Shown here one piece after another: positions 1 to 13,246 of a stretch of 64,000 bases of DNA. The number at the start of each line of letters is the position of its first letter. The stretch's first letter is position 1. The position numbers and the translations under genes are program-made. Below the pieces are notes generated by a model. That model did no database searches and was not told the DNA's origin. It saw only the letters and a list, made by a program, of their open reading frames with translations. Origin of the DNA: Pristiophorus japonicus (taxonomy: Eukaryota); the NCBI RefSeq assembly GCF_044704955.1, contig NC_091987.1:188728001-188792000 (forward strand). The letters are read 5' to 3'.

Positions 1-869
1 GATGATTGACTATGGCTTTGACGTGTCCACATTTTGATATTTAAAAAATTCTTGGACCAGATTGCTTTAAAAATGGCTATGATAATCCAACCAAATTATT
101 TAAGTATCAAATCCTCACAGAGGTCTGGTAAATTAGTGAATGACTTTATGCTTGTAAAGCCATGATGCTTATTATATCTGCCTGTGTTATAACATGAAGC
201 TGAATGGTCTTCGCTCTGAGGAGAATGAAATGCATATTATTTGTGGTGGTACATTTGAGAACAGATAATGATTTGGATTTTTTTGTTTCTTATGCTATAG
301 TCTCTAGTGATGTTGATTAGGTTTTCTCCTTTCACTCTCTCTTGTGTTTTGTTTGTGTGATGTTCCAATAAGGAGCCACATCCCAAGTTTATCATTAGTA
401 ATTTATATATGCGGGGTAACACCTAAGTGCACTTGTCTTGTGTTTATGTTTTGCTTGTCTCGGTTGAATCAGTATGCGCAGTCTAGCTGTACTCTGCCAA
501 CTTTGTAAGGGATTGGCTAGGACACCAGGTGCAACTCCCCTGCTCTTCTTCAAAATCGTGCCATAGGATCTTTTACGTCCACCTCAGTACTGCACTGGAG
601 TGTCATGCTAGATTTTTGCCCTCCAGTCTCTGGAGTGGGATTTAAAACTCCAACCTCTGACTCGAATGCAAGGATGTTACCAATTCAGCCACAGCAGACA
701 AACTATGTGTTTGATTTATATATTTCAGTCGAGTCTTGTTGTTCAATTCACTCTTCTTTTCTCCACTACCAACAATCTCCTAAACCCTTATCCCTACCCC
801 CTCCCTCCCCCCCGCCCCATTCAACAAGTGTGGGGAGCTCAGGGACTTCTTTGTCACTAAGATTGAGGC

Positions 870-1985
870 CATCCATTTAGCTGCATCTGTTATATCACTT
901 CCCCTTGATTACCATGATAAACCACCTCAGGCTCGCCCTGCCCTAAATGCTCATCTTTCTCGAGTTTCTCTCCCATCGCCCCATATGCCCTCTCTGAGCT
1001 CATCTCATTCATGAGACCCATCTTTTTCTACCTTGACACCAATCCCACTAAATTGCTGAGCATCCTTCTTGGCCCCCATGCTAACTGACATTATAAATGG
1101 CTCCCTCTCTGTTTTAAAACCACGACCATTATCCTCTCCTCAAAAAGATACCCTCAATCTCTCTGTCCTTGCAATCTACTGTCCTATCTTCAATCTTCCT
1201 TTCCCCGCCAAACTCTTTGAATGTGTTCACATTTCCAAAATCTGTGCCCATCTTTCCCACAGATCCCAATTTAAGTCTGTCCATTCAGGTTTCCAAATCT
1301 GCCATAGACCTGAACAGCCCTAATCAAAGTCCTCTGTGAATGTGACCATGGTGCACTATCGCACTTCAAGTCTTTCTATCTTTCTGCAACCTCTGTCATG
1401 ATCAATCACATCATCCTCTTCCAATGCCTCTCCTACATTATCCAGCTCCGTGGGACTGCCCTCGCTCGGTTCCACTCCTACCTAGCCAATCTTAGGTAGA
1501 TCATCTACAGCAATGGCTTCTCTTCCAGCTCTTTAACTGTTCCTTCCAAGGTTCTATCCTTGACCCACTCCTCTTCCTTATCTACACACCATCTTAAGGT
1601 ATGCAGTCAACTTCCACAAGTACATTGCTAATCTGCCATCCAGTCTAAGTAGGAATAAAGCCAAAATCTTCAACCTGCACTACAAACTCTGTACCCTGAT
1701 CACAGATTCAATCTCTCTCCCTGTCAACTGTCTCATTTTGAACCAGACTGTTTGCAACCTTGGCATTCTATTCGACCCAGAGCTGAGCTTAAAACCCCAT
1801 ATCCTCTCCATCATAAAGACCGCCTAGATTTCATCTCCATAACATCACCCGCCTCTGATCCTGCTTAACCCATCATCTATTAAACTCTCATCCACGCCTT
1901 TGTTACTTCCAGACTGGACTATTGCAACATTCTCCTGGCTGGCCTCTCATGCTTCACTCCTGGAAACTTCAGTTCATCCAAACTC
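870..1985 (+). mobile_element. Degenerate L2-clade LINE ORF2 fragment
   Basis: Decayed LDPIP...YRPISNLPF...LIHAFVTSRLDYCN-type coding remnants with many stops and indels; ends approximate. Confidence 0.75.
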
Positions 1986-2053
1986 TGATATCTAGCATAG
2001 TGCAAAAGGAATTCAGGCTTGGAGATAGCCACTGGTCATTCAGAGTCTGAAGT

Positions 2054-2075
2054 TTAGAACTTCCTGAACTGTACA
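2054..2075 (-). CDS. IgSF receptor exon 7: terminal coding exon (S)VQFRKF-stop
   Basis: Acceptor tttatcattgcAG after a 117-bp intron; phase-2 join gives TAA at 2056-2054 and a total CDS of 1200 nt. Confidence 0.5.
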
Positions 2076-2192
2076 CTGCAATGATAAAGGTTTGTTGCTC
2101 AGTGTTTGTATATTATTTGCCATAAATTATATCAAACATTTGTTCAATCTATCATTTATACTAAAAGAGTAGCGTGCTCGGTTGTGACTTAC

Positions 2193-2217
2193 CTACAGTT
2201 GCAAGGGCCGTACCGAT
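2193..2217 (-). CDS. IgSF receptor exon 6: cytoplasmic micro-exon DRYGPCNC
   Basis: Acceptor cttatttcacAG and donor TAG|GTAAGT around a 25-bp open exon (phase 1/2). Confidence 0.62.
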
Positions 2218-2617
2218 CTGTGAAATAAGAATAATTATGCATCATGAAGAAAATTCTGCACTCTTTATATGTTTCATTGTTGTGACATTTGAGATTATTT
2301 CTTAAAGCTCTGTTTGATTATTATTGCATTGAAAGCTCTCATTTCTGCATTGTCTTGATGCATTAGTTGTGGCTGGTGTTTGTTGCTTTTTTGTTTGGTA
2401 GTTGCTATTGCTGCAGAATCAGAATCCGTTCCCCACCACTCTCTTGCTGACTGCTACTATTTTACTAATTTTTCAGCATGGGAATTCCTTTTCACAATTC
2501 TTATGGTGCTCCTAGATGTAGAAGAGGAAAACATTTACGTGTAGGTAAGAAAATCAGGCATACTTCACCTGAGGCATTTGGTATCATTGTTGCAGGAGCT
2601 TCATGTTCAGGTCTTGG

Positions 2618-2788
2618 TGTAATAAGAGTTCCACCTAGTGGACTACTGCCCCACCTAGTGGACTACTGTGGTAAGGCAACTGCTGATGTATAATAATAAA
2701 AGGGTCATGTGACCAGGTCACCTGACAAGTTTTCAGTAGAGCCATCTTGTAGCCTGTGTGTTTATGATGTCGTAAGGATGATATCACA
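2618..2788. mobile_element. Solo LTR (171 bp) with 5-bp TSD CTTGG
   Basis: TGT...ACA termini; CTTGG at 2613-2617 and 2789-2793; internal AATAAA and a tandem ccacctagtggactactg repeat. Confidence 0.8.
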
Positions 2789-3484
2789 CTTGGCACATCT
2801 ATATACCTTTATAATTCACAATAGAGACTATGACTGAATTATGCGCACTTCTTGACCAGGATCTCTACTTACAGGGACAGATCTGCCGGGAATAGAAATG
2901 TAATGCTACCATATCCTTCTAAGCCACCACTTGACACTACAGTCCAGATGAAATCTCAGATTTCTTTAATGAAATAACATATCTTACTACATGTAAGCAC
3001 GTCTCTTAACCACCTCCAAAATGTCTATGCATTGCAGATAATTTTCAGAAATGTCTATTTTTACAACCTTGTTCCAGCATAAGCCCCTTTAGTTCAGAAC
3101 CAATCGAACATCTACACCTTTTCACATAGCTCCATTAATATTTATGTTTATCATCATCCATTTAAATTACTATTTCATTTGATGCAGCGATTCAGTGCTG
3201 AATAGCATGCTCATCCATCATTTGTGACATGCTATCTCTTTGACACTTCACTTACTGCATCCTGCAACCACTCTGTACAACTGCAATAATGGTGCTGCCT
3301 ATCATTTTCCCAGGACCAGTCATTGTAGGAAAACCTTATTGAGCAGGTTTGATGGCTTGATTTTTTTTTTGCTCATTCCAAATTCTCTTAACTAACCCAA
3401 ATCACATCAAGTGGTGAATAAGTTAATGCCTATTAAAACTGTCACTTCGCATTTGTGTTTCTCATCAGCTATTGGTTAATTTAC

Positions 3485-3568
3485 CTTTCCATTTACTGCT
3501 CCAGATCAGTAATAAAATGACAGACACCACAAAGATTGGCACTGATACAGATCGGAGGAGAAAACTAC
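3485..3568 (-). CDS. IgSF receptor exon 5: transmembrane SSFLLRSVSVPIFVVSVILLLIWSSKWK
   Basis: Acceptor ttccttcacAG, donor AAG|GTAAAT, 84 bp, phase 1/1; hydrophobic run followed by basic stop-transfer residues. Confidence 0.85.
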
Positions 3569-4290
3569 CTGTGAAGGAACAGAAAAGTAGTTTGAGTTTC
3601 TTATAATCTGCTTCAGTGCAAAATAATGGCGACAAATGCTAGCTAAATTGTATTCCTGGTGTATTGACTCAATATTGTAATATCTTCAAGATATGTGAAT
3701 TAAATTTCATTTTCTCTATTAGTACCAGTTGGACCTTGGTCCCACTGTGCAGGAGGTAGAAATACATTAGTCCTTATTTCTACAATTCAGTTAGTCTTAG
3801 CCACATAATATTACTGTTTTAAGCTTAGTACAAACCTCAGACCTGCATTATAGATAAAGCTATTTTCACCAATACTGCTAATCTATCTGTATTTGAGTTG
3901 GTTTCCATCAATCTATATTCTTTTCAAGAAATTCTCGATGAGATGAAATATTGACTCAGCCCTCAAGACATTTGTGCCGGGTGATGTATGGCATATTCAT
4001 ACACACATTATAGAATCTTGGATATGATGCCCATTTCATGTGTCAAGATGTTGAATCACACTTCATGCAAAATGTTATCTAAATGTAAACAATCCACCAT
4101 TAGCAATTTGTTGTGAGCCAATCAAATCATTCAAAATCCTTTTTGAAAATAATTTCATCCACTTTTTCTCTTCTGTAACTAAAATTTCTAATATCCAAAA
4201 TAAAGTTTTAAAGAAAAAAAAATTAAACTACATATTTCACAATGACATAATTAACTTTATGACTTATTACACATTTAACTTAATTAACTT

Positions 4291-4420
4291 CAACCACTGT
4301 CTGTCCCACCTGTGACAGAGACTGTAATTCCCGTATTGGACTGTTCAGTCACCTGAGAACTCACTTTTGAAGTGGAAGCAAGTCGTCCTCGATTTCTAGC
4401 GACTGCCTATGATGATGGTG
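4291..4420 (+). mobile_element. 5'-truncated RTE LINE 3' end with 9-bp TSD AATTAACTT
   Basis: Same 3' tail (GGAAGCAAGTC...GACTGCCTATGATGATG) as the RTE at 60440-61543; TSD at 4282-4290 and 4421-4429. Confidence 0.8.
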
Positions 4421-5096
4421 AATTAACTTTATCCACTAAGTTGACTTTTGATACCCTATTTGAGTTTTTCCTTCAAGGCCTCAGTCTGCTTCAAAAGCCT
4501 GGGAATTAATGGGACTTTAAAAAAAAATGATACCTCAAAACAGATGGAAATATTTTCAACCGCATCTGTTTATTCTGAGTATGTGCAGTTTGCAGAATTG
4601 TCCAGCATGCAACCTGTGTATCAAGATGAGTTGATGCCCCTAATTTTGTCAGAATTTTAGAGTTTTTACGTTAACTTGTATGTAAGTTACATTTTTGAGA
4701 CACAAGCAAGGCTAGTGCTGTTGCGAAAGAAGGATGAAATACTACGATGGCAGAGATGAATTATATTGATACCTCTGAGGCCAGCTCAAGCAACTCAGAG
4801 AGATGAGACCACAAGATCTACTACGTTGGTTTGAAAGAATCAGTTTGTACAAGATGTAGGAATATTGCTAATGTTGCTAAACTGCAAGCTTATCAGCAAT
4901 GAACTGAATTAGCTAGTCTTAATATATCTGACATACTAACTATTCAAAGCTGTTAACTTGGCAGCTATATGTGAAGACTAACTGAAAGGACCTTGCTATC
5001 TGATAATCTTGGGCCTTAAGTATAATATCAACTTCCAATAAGTAGAGTCCAAATTATGTTGATTTACTGTGATCCTTTCAAATGGCTGTTATATAA

Positions 5097-5460
5097 GAAC
5101 ATACATAAGAACATAAGAAATAGGAGCAGGAGTTGGCCATTTGACCCTTGAGCCTGTTCCGCCATTGAATAAGATCATGGCTGATCTGATCCTGGCCTTG
5201 ACTCCCCTTTCTGCCCGCTCCCCATAACCCTTGACTCTCTCATCATTCAAAAATCTATCGCCACCTTAAATATATGACCCAGCTTCCACAGCTCTCTGGG
5301 GTAGAGAATTCCAAAGATTCACGACCCTCTGAGAGAAGAAATACCTCCTCATTTCCATTTTAAATAGGCGACCCCTTTTCTGGAACTATGTTCTAGATTC
5401 CCTTACGAGGGAAAACATTCTCTCTGCATCTACCCTGTCAAGCCCCCTCAGAATCTTGTT
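5097..5460 (-). mobile_element. CR1 (HER1-like) LINE 3' fragment
   Basis: (ACATAAGA)n tail and 3' UTR shared with the other CR1 copies in the window. Confidence 0.85.
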
Positions 5461-6070
5461 GCTTCAATCTGTTGTAACCTTGCATACTAATTAATCAGTT
5501 AATAGCATCTACTCAAGTGCCTTGTGTACTTATAATGTTTAATATTAAAAATGCTGCTAATTGTATTATCATAAGTATATTAATAATGAAATGTTAGTTT
5601 ATGATTTCATTGCCTGACTTTCTCTCTTTGAGGTTACCTCCTTCTCTCAGCAGTGTACTGGCCCTCTGAAGGTGGTTGATTGCAGGTTAATATTCTGCAG
5701 ACTGGTTAATGTTAGATGGTTCAAGTGAGCAAAACTTAGGTATTTAGTCATCCTCTAGATATGGATGGTAAATCCCCAGATGATTTTTTGGACGGGGAAT
5801 TAAGGTGAAGAAGTTAAGAAGTAATCTGGTACTTTTCTTAGGTGTGGTTGCATGGTTTGTGGCCTTACTGATCACAGAATTACTTTCCTTACAGGTCTGT
5901 ATGCTAGAGAACTAAATCATCTTCGTTTGGCATGTGAACAGGCATTAGAGAGACAAAAGATGAGTTAATGTTTTAACTTTACAATAAATTACTCTTGTCT
6001 CCGTTTGTTCTACACTAAGAATTCATAATGAAGAAACATTCCCTTTTGCAGGTAGCATCGTTGCACTTAC

Positions 6071-6388
6071 TTTTCCAACCAGATGTTATGTATATTACAA
6101 CAGCATGTTCCTTTAAGCCATAGTCATTGAACGCTCTGCAAATATACTCTCCACTGTCTGAATCATCAATACTTGCTTTCGTGTAGCCTAAATTGCTTTT
6201 TCCAGAATACAATTGAATTCTTTGTCCCCGTGATTTCTTTTCCCAGGTAACTGATGGTGCTGGGTTACTGTCTGCTGTACAATTTAGTTCAAGAAATGAC
6301 TGTGGCATAACATTGATGGTGCACTGGAGCAGTGGACAGAGCTTATCTGAATCAGAAGTCCTGTAATGTATGATGGGCTGTGGGCCAT
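6071..6388 (-). CDS. IgSF receptor exon 4: C2/I-set Ig domain
   Basis: Acceptor gattcAG, donor A|GTAAGT, 318 bp, phase 1/1. Begins YGP; motifs LNCTADSNPAPSVTW and DSGEYICRAFN. Confidence 0.93.
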
Positions 6389-6806
6389 CTGAATCGGACA
6401 ATAGAAATGGAAAGTAATTAGTCATATTGGCTATGAATAGGAAAAAGCCCACTAACCAGGCCCATTTCAGTAGATGGACCTTACCTTCTCCAGATTTACC
6501 TCAATCTCTGTGTCTTCAGAAACACATCTAGTAGAATCTTGAGAACATTTATATTATAATTCAGAAGTCTTTCCTTATATTTTATTTCATAAATGTTTGC
6601 ACCTTGTTTGAAAAGTCCCACTGACTTCCCCTTTTATTCTTAACTTTTTCATTTCTAATCTGGATCCCTTGGTATTTGAACCCTTCACCATGGCGAATAG
6701 TTTGGGCAGATCAGATTAATCATTTTCATTAACATTATTCTGGCTACTTTGTAAACTTAAACAAAAATTACTAATTAGGATGAATGGTCTTTGGCCTGAA
6801 ACCTTG

Positions 6807-7177
6807 GGGGTGAAATTCACCATCGTCTCGTTCGGGGCGCTAAATTTAAAAAGTTTGAAAAGTAAGTGCCAGGCACTAACGATTTCATACTTTAACAAAA
6901 ATTCACCGTTTGCGATCCCAGAAATCAAGCGCTCCACTTCCTTCTTGGAGCGCTAACGGAATTAGGTGGGGCGGGGACCCCAGTAGCACTGCACACTGGG
7001 CTGTGCAGCACTGCCGCGTTCAAAGGGCCCTTCCCTCCTTATAGGCTCTGCAATATAAAATGGAGCGGCAGGCCCACCCGATCAGCCCAGCATTTCGTGG
7101 GAGTCGGTAGCGGTACCACGCCCCATTAGCGTCCCACGGGGCACTAACGGGAGGTGCAAATGCACCCAATTTCTCCC
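6807..7177. mobile_element. Harbinger-type MITE
   Basis: GC-rich; imperfect TIR GGGGTGAAATT...AATTTCTCCC. Confidence 0.55.
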
Positions 7178-7277
7178 TCCTTAACTCTATTTCTCTCTCC
7201 ATGGATGCTGAGTATTTCCAGCATTTTCTCTTTTAATTACCAATTAGGAATGTCATTTACCAACATGGAATCCGTAG

Positions 7278-8008
7278 GGGGTGAAATTCGGGTAGTTTGC
7301 GCCTCCCGTTCTAACGGGGCACAAATAACTTTTCGCCTGGGGTGTGGTGCCACTACCAACTCGCGTGAAATTCAGCAAGAGTTTAGCGACGGTACTAACC
7401 AGTAGTGCCCCGCTCCTGCCAAGCCGGGTTGCTGCACCAGCGATGACGTCATCACCATGCGCAGTGACCTGTTTTCACTTCGGAGCACAAATTCGGTAGT
7501 GCCCCGTGAGACTGCCGTGGGCGATGTCTGCGCCAGCTGGGCAGGATGCATATCAGGCTTTATTCTGCTCGAGTGGCAAAAATTAAAGGGGAGGCGCGGC
7601 GCTGACATTCTTTAAAATGGCCGAGTTTCCGGTTGCGGCCTTGCCTTTTTCAATTCGCGGGGTCCGTGTCACGATGTTGCAGCCCGGCACTTCGCTTCTA
7701 TACTGGGCTGCTGCCATGACAGCCCGCTCCTCAATGGTGTAGTGTTGGCCCCTTCTCCCTGATGCAGAGTTTGCAGTGTGCCCTCCCCACTAATGAAAGG
7801 GGAGGGGCCTGTGTTCCCGCCAGCACTGGAAAATTCCCGAGGTTGGCACCCCAGTCCCGCCCCCGAGAGGAAGTGGAGCACGCGACATTGCGCTGTACTT
7901 CCTTTTGGGGGCGGTAAATCCAATTTAGCTCACGGGGCGGGACTTCTGCACCTGGCACATGAAGTCCCACCTCGTGGCTGTTACCTGGGTGGTATGCAAT
8001 TTTGCCCC
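7278..8008. mobile_element. Harbinger-type MITE
   Basis: TIR GGGGTGAAATT...AATTTTGCCCC; internal similarity to the elements at 62077 and 63075. Confidence 0.65.
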
Positions 8009-8690
8009 ATAGACTGTAATTCTGCATTGAAATCAACAATTTCTACAAGTAAAGCAGACAGCCTCAATGATCAGTCTACTAAATTCCAATATATTCGCTA
8101 AAGAGAAATGTATCCTGTTGAAAAGTATATCATTTTAAGTGTTAAGTCTATCTTAAATGTTATAAAAATGAGATTTCTACACTTTGTTTCTTGCTGTTCC
8201 TTGTACTGTGTTTCCTTTTTCCGCAAAAGTGTTTTGGTGAATTTTCCATGCTCATCAAGGCAGGAATTTTAGCAAAGAAGAGTGGACCACCTTTTGATTG
8301 TCTGCTTCAAGCACTCCCAAGTCAAGTACAGCACAGCCAGCTTCAGAGTCAAGCTCTTCCTACTCACCATTGCCCCAACTACAGAAGAGCAATCCCATCT
8401 GCAGAGCCATTTTCATTAAGATTGCTCAACTCATGTAAGACAGTTACACCCAACCAGCCGGATTTCAGACTCCGATCCCAGAGCTGAAAGGGCAATGTGC
8501 TAACTTGGATACTTCAAGCTCAAACTGCCCATTCACATACAGTCCAGCCTGACATTGCCAAATTATCTTTTGTAAAGCTTCAGTGAAGCAGTTAGCAACT
8601 AGGCCACCTCAGACTTCCATTAGAAGTGTGCTACCTAATCTAAAATTAAACACACAAGGCCATCAAAAAAACAAAAGTTAAAATACTTAC

Positions 8691-9038
8691 AATTCACATT
8701 TAATGTTATATGTTTTATTATCCGCTCGTTACTTGTCGTATGAAGGACTTGACAAGTACAGATTGTCCCGTGGTCTTGCGAGATGGGGATAAATGTCATT
8801 TGACTGGTAATGCTAAATGTGCCATCTGAGTTCCTCGAGGGGGGCAGCATAATTGTATATTTAGTATTATCATTGGCTTTTGAAGATTGAGCATTGTGAG
8901 AAATGGTTTGATCTTGGTGTAGCCATTTAATGGAGATATTCTGAGGATAAAATCCCCTAGCAAGGCAGTGCAAAGAAGACTCATTCATGGCTACTAATTT
9001 TTCTTGAGTAATAGAAATTGCTGGAGGAGATGGTGGAA
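8691..9038 (-). CDS. IgSF receptor exon 3: C1-set Ig domain
   Basis: Acceptor tgttacAG, donor T|GTAAGT, 348 bp, phase 1/1. C1 motifs LHCLARGFYPQNISIKW, NSDGTFSITSQM, CTCQVLH. Confidence 0.93.
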
Positions 9039-9064
9039 CTGTAACATACAATGCAAAATAAAGT

Positions 9065-9435
9065 TATAAGAACATTAACATAACAACATAAGAATTAGGA
9101 GCAGGAGTAGGCCATTTGGCCCCTTGAACCTGCTCTGCCATTCAATAAATAAATGGCTGAACTTCTACCTCAACTCCTGCACTGTCCCCATACCCCTTGA
9201 TTCCCTTAATATCCAAAAATCTATTGATCTCTGTCTTGAATATATTCAAAGACGTTGTAATTAAATGCAATGTTGTATTTAAATGCCAAAGAAAACAATA
9301 GTAAACCAAGGGGTATGGTGAGAAAGCAGGAATGGGGTACTGAAGTTGCATGTTCAGCCATGAACTCATTGAATGGCGGTGCAGGCTAGAAGGGCCGAAT
9401 GGCCTACTCCTGCACCTAGTTTCTATGTTTCTAAT
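9065..9435. mobile_element. Two short, oppositely oriented CR1 3' ends
   Basis: Minus copy ~9065-9250; plus copy ~9305-9435, nearly identical to 26785-26915. Confidence 0.8.
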
Positions 9436-10330
9436 GTCGAGCAAGCTTTACATACTCAATGCATGTAGCAATTCCATTTCAATAAGGGAATTATGCAAAG
9501 GATATTCGGGGGGGGGGGGGGGCGGGCAACATGAATATAATTTGCATCTCATGATTGGTGAAGGTCACATAACCCATTGAGTTGCAGAGTCCCATAAAAG
9601 GACTTCCCATTAGTGATAAGAATGCTATTTTAGTTACTCATTTTAATGATTTTGTCTAATATGTGAAATTTTGCATGAGGCCCAATATCCTTTTCAATGG
9701 GCATTGGGCAATTTCACCTCTAGGCCCAGATTCAGTAGATGCATTTCAATGTGGGCACCACCTCTTCCTGTGCCATGGATCATTGTTACTGTGATAGATG
9801 TAAGTATCTATATTCTCTTTATATTGTAGTGATGCTTTTTGATTATGTTGCTAATTTAAGATGCCAACAGATAGCCGGAAATTACCATCGGATTTGTGGC
9901 AAAATGTCTGAACATTTTTACTGGATTTTCAAGCAATGAAGGATCTGAAATTATATCAGATTTGTTTGTAAGATCTTAAGTTAAATTGAATTATTATGTA
10001 TGATTGGGAAAAAAGTAAGAATTGGAAATGAAGAACCTAAATTATATGTGTATTATGCTTACACTAATATTATAAATGGAGTTATTGCAGCTAAAGTTGA
10101 CATTTTCTAAAAAAAACTACAAATATATTTCCAGTTGTAAAACATGCATTCTCCCAATGAGTTGCAAATATTATTAATGTTAAAAAACAACATTTTGGGA
10201 GGTGACCACACGTTCAAGGACTTTGGCGAGGATAGGAAGGTTGGAGATGGGCCTGTGGTTTGCAAGAGCAGGTCAAGGGTGACAAACGAGTGGACGAGAG
10301 TTTGTGCTTTTGGGGCTGAAGTAGAGATTT

Positions 10331-11144
10331 GAGCTCAATTTTCCCCAAAGTTTTGTTTTGGCGTACTTGAAGAGTTACGCCCGTTTTTGGGGGGTCCAAG
10401 TACACCAAAAAAAATGTTCTAAGTTTCCCTGTTTGATTTCTTCTTTTTGGCACAGCCTAACCTGTCCTTTAGTTTTGGAGGTGGAACCGTGATCTCTGCC
10501 AAAAAGATCGGGTTGCCACGGTAACCAGGGACACAATGCAGGCTGAGGCTGCAAAGTGAAACATACCACCAGCTCACAACATTAAAACACATTGCAGCAA
10601 CTTACCTCCAATTATTAAAATGTGTCTCCCCCCACCATCACCCCTGATGCCGGTGCCAATCCCTGCCCCTATCCCAGGCCGAATGGCCTCCCGGTCTGCT
10701 CCCCCGCTCCTAGCCCTGGCTGAATGACCTCCCGGTCCACTCCCCCGCCCCTAGCCTTGGCTGAATGGCCTCCCAGTCCCCGCACCTAACTAAACCCGAA
10801 AGGCTTCCCCCGCCACCCCTCTCTCTCACCTCTCCTGTTACTGCTGTCCAGGCATCTGCTGCACTTACCTGCGCCAATTTCCTTAATGCTCCAGAAGGTT
10901 TTTCTGCAGAGGCCACATACGCTGGCCTAAGAAGAACTGAAGTAACTTTCAGCTGGCCAAACTTGCCTAAATGGCCCGAATTGGAACAGGCGGCATGTTA
11001 CGCCCCTTTGGCTGAAAAAAAAAACTTATCTAAAAAAAATCGTAACTGAGTTACACTGGTGCAAATTAATCGGGGAATCTACGTTTTTTTAAACTTAGGC
11101 CTGCTCCGAAAAAACGGCGCAAATCACAGGGAAAAATTGAGCCC
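10331..11144. mobile_element. Harbinger-type MITE
   Basis: TIR GAGCTCAATTTTCCCC...GGGAAAAATTGAGCCC. Confidence 0.7.
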
Positions 11145-11147
11145 TAT

Positions 11148-12044
11148 GGGCCCAAGTTTCCCTAATAAAAAATAATGGCGCTCACTTACCTGGACGCCCG
11201 TTTTTATTTGGCCCCTTAACGCTGAAAATAAAAAACCAAAGTCTCCTTCCAACATGCGCACCTTCTGGCGCCGGCACTACCCAAGTTGAACTGGCAGGGC
11301 GTGGCTTCCAGTGTGCACCGGAACTATACAGCGCATGCGCCAGAAAGAAAACTGAGCAAGTAATGCGCATGCATACAAAAAAACCCTGCGCATGTGCTAT
11401 ACAAGGACCGCATGGATGGAGGACCTTCGGCCAGGGTGAGCAGCGGCTGTAGTTAAGGAGGAGAAACGGCAGAAGGCTTCATTTTTCCAGCTTCTTTGGA
11501 ATACCTGGTGGATGTCTCGGAAGATGGATTAACTTTGAAGAATTTTTTAAGATTTTGATTGATTTTGGAATCCAGAAACATCGATGGAAAAAGATTCATT
11601 TTTTAAAATTTTATGGCCTGAATGCAGTTTAACATCGCAGGAGCAGCATTATTGGTAAGTTTTCATTTAACAGTTTAATTTTTGTACTTACTTAAATTGT
11701 GCTAAAAGTCAAAGTTTTAGTGAGGGAGTCCATTCGGCCGGGAATAGGAACGGGCCAGTGCGGGTTTCTCCAACTGAAGGTAAGGTTTTTTCCTACGGTA
11801 ATTATAGGGTCTTTGTGCCGGGTTAAACAGTTTTGTATGATGGAAACTTGGTCTTAAGCCCAGAAATGGCGCGGGAAAAATCTTCACAGGTACATCAGCG
11901 CCAAAATGTTTGGCCCCAAACACTCTGGTGCTGGTAGTACACGCTGGTGCCCCAATACTGGGGAATCTTTGAACTGGCCTTCGGTGCCAAAAAACTCACT
12001 GAGCACCGAATAAATGCCACCCAGTGCTGGGGAAAATTTGGGCC
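11148..12044. mobile_element. Harbinger-type MITE abutting the previous one (3-bp TAT spacer)
   Basis: TIR GGGCCCAAGTTTCCC...GGGAAAATTTGGGCC. Confidence 0.7.
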
Positions 12045-12428
12045 AAAGACTGGTGGGTGCCAAAAAGGATGGTTTCAGACTTATTGATGCTGGGTTGGAG
12101 AAAGTGCAAGCCAATCCACAACTTGATGTCAGACAGGTAGTTAATCATCAATTATTATTTTTCTTTCAACCCATTTGTGGGGGAGGGGAGTCAAAAAGTT
12201 GGTTCAGTGAAACTGTATTTTTGGCCCTTTATGGATTCCACGAATAAAAAAATCATTGGACAGCACAGACAAGGAAGGGCCTAGGCCCAATCTTTATGCT
12301 GATTTAGCCAATATCAGTTGGGAATAATATACAACAGTTGGCTTCAGCATTCCTGGGCTATGGAGAAGAAATAGTCCTCAGGATTGCCACTGTGGATTAC
12401 CAACAGGAAGCCCCTCTACTGACACTGT

Positions 12429-12801
12429 GGGGCAGAAATTCAGGTCCGCCCGAAACGGGTCGCACCTACCGCTGTTGTTGTGTTTTCTCCGCCACGTTGG
12501 ATGTGGTGGCCTCTTGCGTGAAATTCAGCTCTTTGTCATTTTTTTTCGAGCGGCCCGGAAGTCGGTCATAATGGGGGTGGTAATGCGGCGCTGAGCTCAC
12601 TAGAGAGGTGGAAGTGGAAGTGGGACGGCGTCTCCGCCACTGTCGGTCATCAGTGTAGCGCCAGAACCGCCAGAAAAAGCACCTAAGAGAATTTCGCTGG
12701 CGGTGGCAATTGGACTCCAAATTGTCAGCCACTTGACCCCATTGCTTGGCCGCCGCTTTCCGGCGGTAAGAGACGTTTTCGGGCGGTTGAATTTCGGCCC
12801 C
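12429..12801. mobile_element. Harbinger-type MITE with 3-bp TSD TGT
   Basis: TIR GGGGCAGAAATTCA / TGAATTTCGGCCCC, with TGT on both sides. Confidence 0.8.
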
Positions 12802-13246
12802 TGTATCTGCAGGCCTAGGTTTAATTGTAATGGAGTAGGACCACATTTTATTATTCCCATATTTGGCTGAGGCACTGATCAGAATACCTACTGTAGAAAC
12901 AAACATAAGAAAGAATAGAATGAGAAAGGGCCTGTGGCCCACCAAGTTCTTTCTAAGTACCAAGTGCCATTTTCCCCATCATGAATTCACTGAATCCTCT
13001 GAGTAAAGATTCTATGAAGTTTGTAAAGCCCCAAAGAGAAATCACACGGAACTCTAGCCTACCTATCCAACATTCTTCATTCTGGATCAATTGCGCTTTC
13101 ATGGTCCCAGCAGTTCAGAACTCCTCGCATTGAACATTCTGTTGCATTATCTTTACCTGTACATACTCTATTAAATTATTTACTGTAACAATAGTTAGAC
13201 ATATAAAACTATTATCCATTTCTGATAATATATACACCCAATTTAC

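Noticed and set aside
5638-5694. Possible extra stalk exon between the C2/I and TM exons
   Set aside because: Immediate stop in the required phase.
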